From: Geosiphon pyriformis uo1 | Taxonomy: Eukaryota; Fungi; Glomeromycota | Assembly: GCA_016748015.1 (NCBI GenBank) | Contig: JAAOMT010000760.1 | Coordinates: 358,219-422,218, forward strand | Direction of reading: 5' to 3' | Length of the DNA stretch: 64,000 bases | Part shown: one piece after another, positions 13,723 through 26,217 of the stretch | How positions within the stretch are numbered: the first letter of the stretch is position 1 | How the letters are laid out: every line of letters begins with the position of its first letter | Notes under the pieces: model-generated | What the model saw: only the letters and a program-made list of their open reading frames with translations | The model's database searches: none | Told to the model about the DNA's origin: nothing | Program-made: the position numbers and the translations under genes

Positions 13723-14180
13723 AAACGGAGGATCAATGGTTCAGTAATCAATTTCTGTTTCAAACGCTTAATTCACAAGCTTTCATTGTTAAACGTGATC
13801 GTCGTACAAACATTCTTGAATAATGTGCATCAATTTGCAGAATTTGATCCAATTCCGGGGTTATTTCAGGATGTGCAGTAACTGTATATTAACTATATCT
13901 ATTAGGTTTTAATCACTGATGGGGATATGGGAAGTTTGGCGGGATATAATAGATATGGAATAACTTTGTCTCACATGCTAATTCTCAGTTCCGTGCTCAG
14001 AATTTTACAAAACTTGATAATAGCATGATCATATCCTTTTTCAAAAAAAAATATTCCTCATTTTTAAATTTACTTTTTTTAGTGTTTGAAATTATTTTTT
14101 TACAAGAAAATTTTTTTTCGTGTACGACCACAAGATTTTAAGATTCATTCCACAACATTTTTAAAAAGTTTTTTCTCTCA

Positions 14181-14275
14181 AGTAGTCAGTAGTCAGTATT
14201 CAGTAGTCAGTAGTCAGTAGCAGTAGCAGTAGCAGTAGCAGTAGCAGTAGTAGTAGCAGTAGCAGCAGCAGCAAC
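14181..14275. repeat. Compound microsatellite (AGTAGTC)n-(AGTAGC)n-(AGC)n
   Basis: Directly visible. Confidence 0.9.
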
Positions 14276-14833
14276 AGGCTAAATAATGCTTTTTACTAAA
14301 TAAGGAAATATTCTTTTCTCACTTTGTTCAAGAAAAAAAAAAATCGCTCACTATCCTGGTTACACAATTTCGTACACCTTTGAAAAATGATATCATCTAA
14401 AAGATTATACAAAGGGAGGCATTCAACTACATTATCTAGTTGTTTGATTCCATAGCGATAATGAGATATGATAAAAGATGATTATATCATCATAATTTTT
14501 CAGGCAGTTTGTGGATCATCCATTTTCAACAGACTGATCGATTAACAATTTGATTGAAAACCATTTTTTTGGATGATGATAATGATTATACACAAATACC
14601 CAAAACATTAATGCAGGATTAAATGTACTATTATTGAAAATATACATTGTCAATCGATTTACCAAAATTAATAAAAAGTTACCGTGGTACTAAACTTTAC
14701 CCAACAATATGGAGAACAATATGAGGGGCAAAAATGCTTAATGACTCTTTGATTAATAAATAATGATAATCAAAAAGTTTTATTAGATCATTTGATTTTG
14801 TTCACGTTCACATTCACGTTCATTTTTTGTTCA

Positions 14834-14922
14834 TTCGTTCGTTCGTTCGTTCGTTCGTTCGTTCGTTCGTTCGTTCGTTCGTTCGTTCGTCCGTCCGTCC
14901 GTCCGTCCATCCGTCCGTCCGT
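14834..14922. repeat. (TTCG)n-(TCCG)n microsatellite
   Basis: Directly visible. Its CpGs are intact, unlike those in the transposons. Confidence 0.92.
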
Positions 14923-15001
14923 ACATCTAAAATAAATTCATTGATTAGTCGAGTCATAACACGAATGAGACTATAATTTTAACTATGCATTAATCTTTTA
15001 A

Positions 15002-15052
15002 AATAATAAGAATAATAAGAATAATAAGAATAATAAGAATAATAAGAATAAT
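15002..15052. repeat. (AATAATAAG)n repeat
   Basis: About 5.5 copies. Confidence 0.9.
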
Positions 15053-16589
15053 TTATTATTACATTTAACTGAATTAATGCCCACAAAAGGTTTATTGGGT
15101 GTTGTTGAATATCGTTTTTGCTCGTTTTTTTTTTCTTTTCCCAATTAAATGTCCGTTTATATAGATCAATGATCATTATGAAACCTTGAAGAATTATATA
15201 ATCATTATATAAATTATATATATTTTTTACTTTAAAAGATCTTTTAAATCTTTCTCAGCCTGTTTTAAATCATGCGGTGTCCGTGTCTAGACATTTTTTT
15301 TTTGTCTCGGGTTTTTTTATTTTTTACAATACTTTCAATTACTTTTACTATTAATCTCAAATATTAAATACCCCCTATTACTACTACAACTAAAAGTTAC
15401 ACCAATAAATAAAACGCCCTTCCCATTAATCTTGCTATATTTATATTGGTAGTAACAGATAAACTGCATGACTTTTTTTTTTTTCTTTTACGCTCCTCCT
15501 CTTCTCCTTTTACAACTTTTTTTGTTTTGCAAAAGATTGAAGTTCTCGAGCCTTTTTTCCTTTAGTGCTCTTTTGCTCGCAAAAAAGTTTCATTTTTTTT
15601 TCGCGAAGGCTTTCAAAAGTCGTAAAATTTTTCGCGTGAATTCTTCCCCATCATTCAATCATTTTCATATCACTTATTATATTGAAAAAAAAAAATTTCA
15701 TCTCTTTTCAAAACATCTTATTATTATAGTGTTCTATTATATAGATAAAAAAATTTAATCAAATCAAATATTAATTAAAAACCATTAATCACCCCCCCCC
15801 CCCCAAAATTTTTTATCCAAAAGGCAAATTTTACTTTTAGTTGTTTACTTTTTTATCTTTTCGCTTTTTACTACATACTATTTATTGTAGGTTCCTTCAC
15901 CTTAGTTATTGGATCTAGACCTTATTCTCTAAAGAAATAATAAATCTTGCATTTTTTAACTACTTTTTCTCTTTTGAAAAAAAAAACCCCCCTTTTATCA
16001 CAACCGTTTTCTCTTTCAAAACACACGGCATACCTCCAAATATCCTTTTTTCTCAACCCTGAACCTCTATTCCTTTTTTGACATTGAGATTTTTTTCGAT
16101 CCCAAAAAAAGCCTCGCTTAACCGTTAATATCGTTCTCGAAGAACGAGGAGTATCAGTTTTTGGTCAGTATTAATTAATTGTAATTTAATTGTTGTCATA
16201 ACTGTCTATCAAATATTATATGAACTTGAGCTCAAAATACATCTAGTTAGTAGCTTAGGATCCACTTTGACTAAAAGAAGTAAATATTAGCCGCGATTTT
16301 GTTTGCCATTTACCACTTTATTGTTTTATGCAACGTTGATCTGTTTGGCCTTTTATTTTATTTTGAGAGTATATTGGCAACAAATAAAAATTTTAATTAC
16401 GCTTTTCTCTGCGCAATTATATATATACCCTCCTCCTCCTCCTCCTCCTTCTCCTCTTCTTCTTCTTCTTCCCCATTAATCTTCTTCATCTTTTTAAAAG
16501 TTTGCTCTTTCTTCCCCAAATTGTTTACTAATAATTATACATTTCCTAAAATCATTTCTAAATTTCCTATTAGATTTCATAAAGAAAAA

Positions 16590-17186
16590 ATGTCATCCCC
16601 AGAAATTTCAAATACACGACTCGCAGCAGGACTTCCAACTGTTGCTCCATCATTAAATAACAATATTTCGCCAGAATCTCTTCATTTACCAAAACCGAGT
16701 GAATATCAAAGCTCTTATCAATGGAAATTACCATTGGTTCAAGTTGTACAAAAACCTGAGCGAACAAAAACTGAATATCAACGAGAGTTCACCTGGAAGA
16801 AAGAATCTTCACAGTTAACCAGTTCACCAATACCAACACCAACCCCAACGCCTATACCACCTGCTGACATATCAAGACCACCTTCTTCCGCTCAAGTAAA
16901 TGTAAATACAAGGGTAGAAACTCCTTCAAAAACCCCTGAACCTCCTCGAATAATTGATGAGACATTTCCACTGGCTTCATCATCATCGTCGAAACCTCCA
17001 TTAATCCCACCACTCCCATCTATTGAAAGAACCAATGATATCTTGGAAAAACATCAAGGGAAACTTGTTGCAGAACCCGAGGATTTTGGAATTGCGGTGG
17101 AACGTTTTATGCAAAAGACTGCCGGAATTGTAACTCAAAAAAATCGTAATGATACGTGGAAAGGTTCTTTACGAAAAGAAAATGAG
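16590..17186 (+). CDS. Coding exon 1 of host gene: MDM1-like microtubule-binding-repeat protein (putative)
   Basis: ATG at 16590 (MSSPEIS) in an A-rich context. Motifs PSEYQSSYQW and KTEYQREFTWKK with a Pro/Ser-rich linker. Ends at the GAG|GTAAAT donor. Confidence 0.8.
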
Positions 17187-17262
17187 GTAAATTTAAAAAA
17201 TTCTCAATTTTCCTTAAAAATTTACATTTGAAAATTAAGATTAACTAATTCTATTTTTATAG
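17187..17262 (+). other. Spliceosomal intron, 76 nt, phase 0
   Basis: GTAAAT donor, ACTAAT branch site (~17244) and TTTTTATAG acceptor. Removing it joins the 16590 frame to the 17278 ORF in frame. Confidence 0.88.
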
Positions 17263-20017
17263 AGAAAAGAGTCGATATTGGCCGCAAGTCTCGATAGTGA
17301 AACAAAAAAAATTATAGCTTTGGAAGCCAATCGATTATCCAAAAAATCTCGTTCCTATTCAATGTATTCACTACGAGATCAATTGAAAACGGCCGAAGCT
17401 GCCCATGAATTGGCAACCCCAATGAAATCAGAGTATAATAGGGAATTTGTCAACTGGAATGAATATGGCCATGCAATACGTGAGGATCACATTAAAAGAA
17501 AGGAAGAGGTCAAATTAAGAAGAAGCGGTTCTTGGTCTTCTCCTATTCTTCCAGAACCTTTGAGATGGCTAGAAACCCTTAATTTGGAAAAGAAAGAAGC
17601 GACCTTTTCTACAAAACTTCAACCAACCATTACAGATGCTAAATCACTTCGGGGTCCCTACCTACCTTCTAATAGACAGATTCTCGAAAGACCCGTCACA
17701 TCTGCCGAAATTCGAGATTACAATCGAGATTGTCAATTTGATGAATTCCGAACAGATTCAAAATCTAACACAAGAACAGATAAAGAAAAATCTTATCAAT
17801 ACAGTAGTAAAACCCTGGATCCTCGGTATGAGTCTATTGATTATCGTAATTTTCCAGTTGAAGACGCCTCACGTACTGCTGACATTGAATATCGTAAACG
17901 GGATAACTATCACGAAAATCGTCCTCGTGATCAGTTGATAAATGATGATCGTAATATTCGACATGATCGAGATCATGAAAATAAGAGACGTGACTTCGAT
18001 TATGAAGATCATAATTTCTTGAGTAATGGTCGTCGTAAACCGGATTATAAACTTTTACATGAGCAAACTTCTGAGACGCGTCGTAACCAAAATTATGATG
18101 ATCGTCATACCGACCGAGGCTATGAAGGTCGTCAACCTGAAAAATTCTACGATGACCGCCATGATGAAAAATATCTCGATGGCCGTTACAGAGATCGAAA
18201 TTATGAGGAACGCAAAAATGATAAGGTTTATAATGTTCATCGAGATGAACAAATTCATTATGATGAACTTCGAAGCTCAAAGTTTCAAGAAGATCGTAAA
18301 CTTGAAAAAGCATACGATGACCGTACTCGTGATTATTACTATGCTGATTCACGTCGTGAACATGATTACGATCCAAGGTATCGTAATCGTGTTAGTCAAC
18401 TAATAGAACAAGATCGGTATAGTGAAAGGAGTCAGTCGGGTTCCGATCCCGATCGGTATAGTGATCGTGGTAGTCAATTTGGGGATCATGAAAGATATAG
18501 TAATCATTCAAGAAATACCTCTTACTCATCGCAAGCCTCTTCTTTGCATAAAGGAATGTCTTCAGAATTGCCTAATAATCATCGTTCGGATTCCCCAATG
18601 TTCTCCCCCTCTTATTTAGAAAATTCTCGAGCAAGATTTAGTGTTAGTTCAACTAGTTCAGTATCGACTCCAAGTCTTCCTTCAACTCCAAAAGAATATG
18701 ATCCTCAATGGAGAAAACCACTCGGTAGTTTCTCAGATCTAAATATTCATCAAGAAGATTTATACTCAACAACAACAACATATGCAAAATCATCTATGAT
18801 TCCACCTCAGAAAACGTGGAACACCAATGATCGTGATNNNNNNNNNNNNNNNNNNNNCAATCGAGATTGTCAATTTGATGAATTCCGAACAGATTCAAAA
18901 TCTAACACAAGAACAGATAAAGAAAAATCTTATCAATACAGTAGTAAAACCCTGGATCCTCGGTATGAGTCTATTGATTATCGTAATTTTCCAGTTGAAG
19001 ACGCCTCACGTACTGCTGACATTGAATATCGTAAACGGGATAACTATCACGAAAATCGTCCTCGTGATCAGTTGATAAATGATGATCGTAATATTCGACA
19101 TGATCGAGATCATGAAAATAAGAGACGTGACTTCGATTATGAAGATCATAATTTCTTGAGTAATGGTCGTCGTAAACCGGATTATAAACTTTTACATGAG
19201 CAAACTTCTGAGACGCGTCGTAACCAAAATTATGATGATCGTCATACCGACCGAGGCTATGAAGGTCGTCAACCTGAAAAATTCTACGATGACCGCCATG
19301 ATGAAAAATATCTCGATGGCCGTTACAGAGATCGAAATTATGAGGAACGCAAAAATGATAAGGTTTATAATGTTCATCGAGATGAACAAATTCATTATGA
19401 TGAACTTCGAAGCTCAAAGTTTCAAGAAGATCGTAAACTTGAAAAAGCATACGATGACCGTACTCGTGATTATTACTATGCTGATTCACGTCGTGAACAT
19501 GATTACGATCCAAGGTATCGTAATCGTGTTAGTCAACTAATAGAACAAGATCGGTATAGTGAAAGGAGTCAGTCGGGTTCCGATCCCGATCGGTATAGTG
19601 ATCGTGGTAGTCAATTTGGGGATCATGAAAGATATAGTAATCATTCAAGAAATACCTCTTACTCATCGCAAGCCTCTTCTTTGCATAAAGGAATGTCTTC
19701 AGAATTGCCTAATAATCATCGTTCGGATTCCCCAATGTTCTCCCCCTCTTATTTAGAAAATTCTCGAGCAAGATTTAGTGTTAGTTCAACTAGTTCAGTA
19801 TCGACTCCAAGTCTTCCTTCAACTCCAAAAGAATATGATCCTCAATGGAGAAAACCACTCGGTAGTTTCTCAGATCTAAATATTCATCAAGAAGATTTAT
19901 ACTCAACAACAACAACATATGCAAAATCATCTATGATTCCACCTCAGAAAACGTGGAACACCAATGATCGTGATCGTCATCAAAGTCCTTCACGAAATGG
20001 TTTTTATGATGATGATG

Positions 20018-20051
<34 letters not shown>

Positions 20052-20871
20052 TGATGAATTACAAACTGATATCAAGGGTCGTTCATCATCGAAACGACAT
20101 TCTTACCCAATACAAACCCCTTTAGAAAATTTGAGTAATCGTACCAATCAAAGGGGAAAGCAAATGTATGTAGCCCCAGGTAGATCACCATTAGCTTGTG
20201 ATCCTCGTTCTTTTATCTCATCACCATCACCAAGTCTTAATCAAGATAATTATAGAAGACATCATCAACATGGATCATCTAATTCATCGCGTCCTGATTC
20301 ACGCGCCACCAGTGTTAGTAGTCATGGAACTTCAATCGAGGAAGAATCTGTTATACTCACTGATATATTACGAGCCGCGGATACCGGTTTGATGAAAAGT
20401 CTTAATGCTCAAATGAATGTGTTTAAAAAAGGACCAGTGGAAGTGACGCCAAAAGTGGGCACCTTACTCATGAAAAACGATAAAGCTGCTACTAAAAAAA
20501 CTAATACCAGTAAAACGACTGCTGCAAAAACAGGAAAAGAAAAATCTATTGCTACTACAAAAACAGCAAAGGCTTCGACAACTACAATGAGGCCTTCTTT
20601 GAGGGCTGCTGGCCTTCCTAAACCTGGTGTGCCATTAAAAAAACCATTACAAACAAACACAAAGAATCCTTTAGTTAAAAATTCAGATCCTTCAAGAAAG
20701 GGTCACAGATCCACTTTGTCGGCATCTTCAGCATCCTCGATATCTGGGTTTGATTTAAACCCTCGACCTAGTCCCACGTCATTTAGTGAAGCAAGAGAAG
20801 CCTTAAATAAAGCTAGATTACAGGTGGAACAAATGTTGGAGCTTGTTGGAAATGGCAACTTTGATATTTAA
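17263..20871 (+). CDS. Coding exon 2 of host gene (true protein ~1022 aa once the artefactual duplication is removed)
   Basis: Long intact CpG-rich ORF. It contains the third motif KSEYNREFVNW, an R/D/E/Y mixed-charge region, Ser-rich and Lys/Thr-rich regions, and a C-terminal helix SEAREALNKAR. Confidence 0.88.
17721..19974. other. Assembly artefact: identical 1117-bp copies flanking a 20-N gap
   Basis: 17721-18837 equals 18858-19974, with Ns at 18838-18857. Confidence 0.9.
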
Positions 20872-23193
20872 TCAACACAGGCTTCGAAAATGATCTCTAT
20901 AAAAAGGAAAACCTGAATCACAAACAATTACAGATCAGAATTCCCCCCACCCCTGAGAAAAATAAAAGCCAGAGACAATGTGATCTCATAGTCTGACTCA
21001 TTATCCATTCAAGGTTGAAAAAGGTGTTTAGGTGATGAAATAGTTGTAATACGTTTCGTATTGAACCTTCCACTTTGAAATTTTTTAGAGGCATGGCTTT
21101 GGCTTTTTTCACATGCTCAATGTATGTAGCCCTTGATTGAGAAAAGACCTTTTGACGCTTGTCAAGTCGACCTTTGCCCTCCCCTATCATGAAATGGACG
21201 ATTCATTAGAACTCCTCATTTTGGAGGATTATTTATTATTATATTTATGATAGACAAATCCATAGTATTGTACGAGTGTGATTTTATGTGTACATAATTT
21301 TGATGTAGAGACTCGTGCCCCACCCATCTTCCATTTAGTATTTTCAAAAGATATATCAGTGACAGAGATCTCTTCCTTTCAATCCCCCCATATCAGGAAG
21401 CAGCAATCGGAAGAATGTAAAGTTTAACAGAAAGACAACAGAATAATTGAGCCACAAGATAGAAAAAGCAACGCATAACACAGAAGTTTTCAGTTAGGGT
21501 TATTCTTTACCATCCATACAATCTATAATCTTCTTCAGAATTTCATCCCGCATTTTATCTTTTTATATTTTTATTCTTTCTCACTTTCATCTCGTAAATA
21601 TTATTTCTTTCCCAAATTTCCCCTTTTCTTTGTAGTTGTATGTTTTTTAGCATTGAGATTTTTTATGAATTTTCTGCACCTTTTACCACGATTTTTTCAA
21701 CTTGCATTTTTCATTAAAGTTTTTCTAGAATTTTTAATATCGACACACAATACACAATCAAAATATCTTTCAAGTTTTATTTCTTTCGTTCCCACATTTC
21801 TTCAATTTTTATTTATTTCTGATTTACCGCATTCATACTTGTAATATATAGCCATCCTTTAAATTCATCGATCCTCAGTTTTTACCACTCATAATCTCCA
21901 CACAAATAAAAACACATTTAATTTTCATTTTACCAAATGTATTTTTTTTTAAATCATTCATGCATTCATCCCCCCCCCCCCCATTCATTCATTCATAATC
22001 CATTATTTCCCTTTTCTTTTTTCAACTCTCTTCAACCATTTTCTTTTAAAAAACAACCCCTAAAAAAATGTGAGGAATTACCCATGATTTCTTTTCAGGT
22101 GTTGTGTTGCGTCTTTTGTCTTTTTCTGTGTTGCTCTATACATTTATTTGATATATATTATATTCTGTTCCGGATGGATTGAGTCGTACAATGATAGACA
22201 ACATTGGTTATCAGCCCAAAGGACAGCTCCATCCAGCAAAGCCTAAAGGAAGTTCTTCAGGTGCTCATTTAGCTGTATGTTTTAAGTGTTCGCTGACTAT
22301 CCCATCCTGGCACTGTCGTTATCATCATTATCATTATTGTCAGCTCCAGCTTTATATTTTTTTTATAATAAAAGCCACAATAAATCTTGTCTTTCTTTTT
22401 TTATAAAAAAAAATGCTACTATTTACAGACATATTATTGATAACAAATTTCAGTAAAGTGTCAGAATTTTACTTATCCATTATTCAAATTTTATGCAGTC
22501 ATTTAATAAACTCAAAAGAAAACAAATCAACAGTTTGAGAAACTCAAAAAAGAACTTGTTAATACAATAATGGAAAAAAAGTAATAAAATTTATTAAAAA
22601 AGAAAATTTTTTAGATTTTAACAGAATTTAATATTAAAAAAAAGAAATAATATTACTAATAAAAGAAAATAAAAAAATAATTAATAATTAACATATAATA
22701 TAATTTAATTAATTATATATTAAAAATAATAAAATAACATAATATTAGAAATTTCAAAAAAACTTAAAAATTATTAAGAATATTAAAAGTGCCAAATTTT
22801 TTAAAAATACTAATAAAAATGTCAAAAATACCAGCCATAATTCAAAAAAAGTGTAAAAATAGTTAAAAATACTAAAATATTTTATATTATAAAAATTATA
22901 TATATAATAATAGTTTTTAAAAAAATATTAAGACATTTAACAATAGAAATAAAAATTTTTTATTAATAATTTCACTTTAAAAATCAATTATTTACAATAA
23001 ACTTATTAAATATTGTTTATATTATTAAATTAATTACTTTAATATACTAAATTAATAACTTTTAATTATAACTATTAATAAGATATTAACTTTTTTTTTA
23101 TTAAAATTAAATTAATTAAAGCATAAATATTGAAATTATAATATTATAAATAACTTAATAATAATTAAATAACTTATTAAAAAAATAAAACCA

Positions 23194-23295
23194 TTAAAAT
23201 AAGTTAATTATTATGTTAAAAAAATAAAATATAAAGTATTGTCAATTATAAAACTTAAATTTTTGTTTTTTAACATAATAATTAACTTATTTTAA
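23194..23295. repeat. Perfect 30-bp inverted repeat with 42-nt spacer
   Basis: TTAAAATAAGTTAATTATTATGTTAAAAAA (23194-23223) is the reverse complement of 23266-23295. Confidence 0.8.
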
Positions 23296-23499
23296 AAAAT
23301 TTTAAATACATAAAAATATTTATATTATATAAACAAATATAATACCAAATTATAAACTATTAGATAATATAAATTTATAACAATATTTAAACTTTATAAA
23401 TTTTAAATAACTAAAAAAATAGAATTAAATTTGTTATTTTTAATTATATAAAAAGTTTTACTTATAATAAGAGTTATATAATTAAGAGTATTTTAAAAC

Positions 23500-25830
23500 A
23501 TTTATTTTAAAAACTGATTTTAAATTATTTTTTAATAAATAACAAATTAATTTTAAATATAAAATATAATAAAAAATTAAAAACTCTTTGTTTTTTTAGT
23601 TTTATGACCACAATTAAAGCAAAAAATAAAAAAGTTGTACTTGATATCTTTTTTAAGATTTTTAATAAAATTTCAACTAAAAAAGCTTTTTCTGTTATAA
23701 AAGCAACTAAACAGAATGTTTTAGAAATTTTTCTTTTATTTAATAATTGTAAAAAGCTGTTTTTAATAGTTATTAAAACATTTTTTTTATTTTTAGATGG
23801 TTTTTTATCAGTCAAAATTCTCTTAAAGAAACACATTTGAGTTAGTTCTAGTATTGTCTCTATCTTATTTAAAATCCTAAAAGTTTTTAATAACAGACTA
23901 ATCAACAAACTGGTTTTTTTTTATATAGTTTTTATATCTGGTGTTGCTAATATTATCTTTTCAAAAAATATGGTCAAAAAAACCAAAAATTCAAAAAAGT
24001 AGGAATAATTACTTGTCTTTATTATTATTACATTAAACTTTTTTCTGGTTTCTAATAAGATCTTAAATAAGATCTATTGTATTATTCAGCATATTATTTA
24101 AGATAAGCCAAGATTAATTACTAACTGTATTGCCAAATATAGTGTTCTTTAACAAATTATTGCCAATTTTAAAAGCTAAACAATTATCTCTTATAAAGTT
24201 ATCTGTTTTTGAAAACTAAACTAACCAAATAGAAATTGATTCATCTTTTCTGCTGGTTTTTAATGCTGCTATTAGTGATGTTTGAAAAACTATTTCTAGT
24301 CATCAAAAATTTGCTGAATGAATAGTCTTTATTCTGATGCCTAATACTACTTTTAAAATCAAATTGGCTTATATTAAGACTGTTTTTTAGTTTGTACATA
24401 GTTTTTTGGATATAAAGTCAGTATCAAAGAACAATGTAAAGCTTTTTTGTGTGAAGTTTGCTTCTCAAAAGTCTTTAAAAGCTGTTTTTTTGGTTGAGCT
24501 TACAAGCTTTATTTGCTTGGCCACTCTCAAAATTGCCAAATTTTTGGTGGTTTCTAAAATTGGTTTTTCTTCTATTGTTATTGCATTATATAATATGCCT
24601 TTAGATATATTTGCTACTAATATTAAGACAGCTCTTGATGTTTTTAATGAAATTACCTATGTTATACTAAAGTCTATTGGTATTTGGCAATATGTGGTTG
24701 TTTATTTAAAAAAACTGGACTCTGCTATGTCTGCTCTAAATTATTGATTGGTTTTAGTAAGTAAAAATAGTGTTAAAATATTTTTTTTAATAAATTAAAA
24801 TAAAAGTATTCTGTTTTATAATAGGTTTAAAACCAAGTTAGTCAACCTTTTTTTTAGTTATATTGTCTTTGAAATCAATGATATGATTTTTAAATTGGTG
24901 ATTAGACATGTTTTATTCTTTGCTTTCTTAATTTTGGTCATTATTTCTGGTTTGTTTTAATTATGTTTAGATTTTAAGTTAATTTGAATATTATTATTAT
25001 TAAAACTAATACATTAAAAAAGTGTTATATTTAGTAAAAAATTTCTGATTGTTAACACTGTTTCAGATGTTAAGAAATAAGCTATTTGGTTGTAAAATAT
25101 AAGATTTCTTTGCCTTTTTTTCTCAAGTGTTTGTTTTATGTTTTGTAAATACAAAGTCTTATGCTAAAGTGTTTGTTTCTCTGGATTTTTTTGAATTCTC
25201 TTCATTGGTGACCTTTACTTTTTCTTTTAAGATTGAAAATAAATCTCTGATTTTGTTTTGGCTGGTGTTTTTAAAATCTAATTTGGTTGTATTTATTGTT
25301 AAGTTTGTTAATATATTGGTAACTACTTTTGAATAATTTGTTAAAAATAATTTTATGTCAAGCAGCAAGCTTGAAAACAAGATTAATAAGCTTATGGTGT
25401 ATTTGAATGCTTTTAGCAAAACTGTTAGTAAGTTAAAAAGAAAAGTGGTAGTATTAAAGACAAAGTATAATATGGAAAATGTTAATATGTTTGATGATTC
25501 TGGAGTTTCAGTTGGAGTAAATAATAAGGTATTCAGTGAGTTAATAACACTTTGAAATTTGAATCTTTTGAAATTAAGTCTAGTCTTATAAAAACAGCTA
25601 AGTGATTTGTTAGATTGGTTTCTAATAGTTTTACTTTGTTTAATATTGTTCAAAAAATATCTATTTTAGACAAGTTTTTTTGTAAGTTATCAATATAGTG
25701 TAGTCTGAACTGGCTGAGTAGTTGGTTACATATAAAAAGTACATAAACTATACTTATCTTGAAATACTTAATTTGTTCTAAAATACTAGATAATAGTTGA
25801 GCTATATTTATTAAATATTTAATATAAAAA
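23500..25830 (+). mobile_element. ORF1-only non-autonomous non-LTR element, heavily eroded
   Basis: A ~700-codon decayed ORF starts at 23604 and is homologous to LINE ORF1 (IGIWQYVVVY..WLVLVSKNSVKI vs LIGLWQKAVV..WLFLIRKDSVHV), with a knuckle remnant at ~25050-25100. It is followed directly by sequence resembling the LINE 3' UTR. No APE or RT is present. Confidence 0.7.
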
Positions 25831-26217
25831 TTTTTTTAGATTTTGGTATTATTAAATTTAAAATAAATAAAATTATAAAAAATCAAATAAAAAAAGAATT
25901 ATAAAAACTTCTTTCTTTTGTCTATTCCAATAATTATCAAAAAGTCTTAATTTTGATAAAAAAGTTTTTTTAGTTTTTTTTTAATTATTTAAGTTAATAT
26001 ATCTAAACTATTCTTGCTTAAATATGAGACTGTTATTGGTTTTAGTATTGCTGTTATAAAGAAGACTGTTAAAAATTTTGGTTCTGAAATTGCCAACAAA
26101 AATATTTTATTCAGAAAAAAAAAAAGAAAAAATGTTTTAAATAACAGCATTATTAATAAGAAATAATTCTAATAAGAAGATAAATAGAAGTTTTTGGAGT
26201 TTTAAAGCTGGTAATAT
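25831..26217 (+). mobile_element. LINE copy 3, 5' UTR and start of ORF1
   Basis: It has the same AAAAACTTCTTT...AAA(G)AAGTTTTT UTR motif as copies 1 and 2, followed by a basic ORF1-like N-terminus cut by the LTR. Confidence 0.6.

Noticed and set aside
14470-14600. Possible C/D box snoRNA (ATGATGA, CTGA)
   Set aside because: The boxes are not in the right order and spacing, and there is no terminal stem or recognisable guide.
12156-15758. Short F/I/K/N-rich ORFs in AT-rich DNA
   Set aside because: They are compositional artefacts of low-complexity sequence.
16299-16589. 97-aa hydrophobic N-terminal extension predicted by the ORF track
   Set aside because: It has a TTG start and T-rich low-complexity sequence ending in an acceptor-like TTTCCTATTAG (16573). 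It is more likely 5' UTR or a UTR intron; ATG 16590 is preferred.
17721-19974. Apparent 379-aa internal tandem duplication in the host protein
   Set aside because: The copies are identical and sit exactly either side of a 20-N scaffold gap, so this is an unmerged contig overlap. The same pattern occurs at 52231-53088.
17636-20660. Alternative-frame and antisense ORFs within the host gene
   Set aside because: These are shadows of the repetitive GAT/CGT codon usage of the real ORF.
22240-22270. Hammerhead-like CUGAAGA core on the minus strand
   Set aside because: There is no downstream GAAA or compatible stems II and III.
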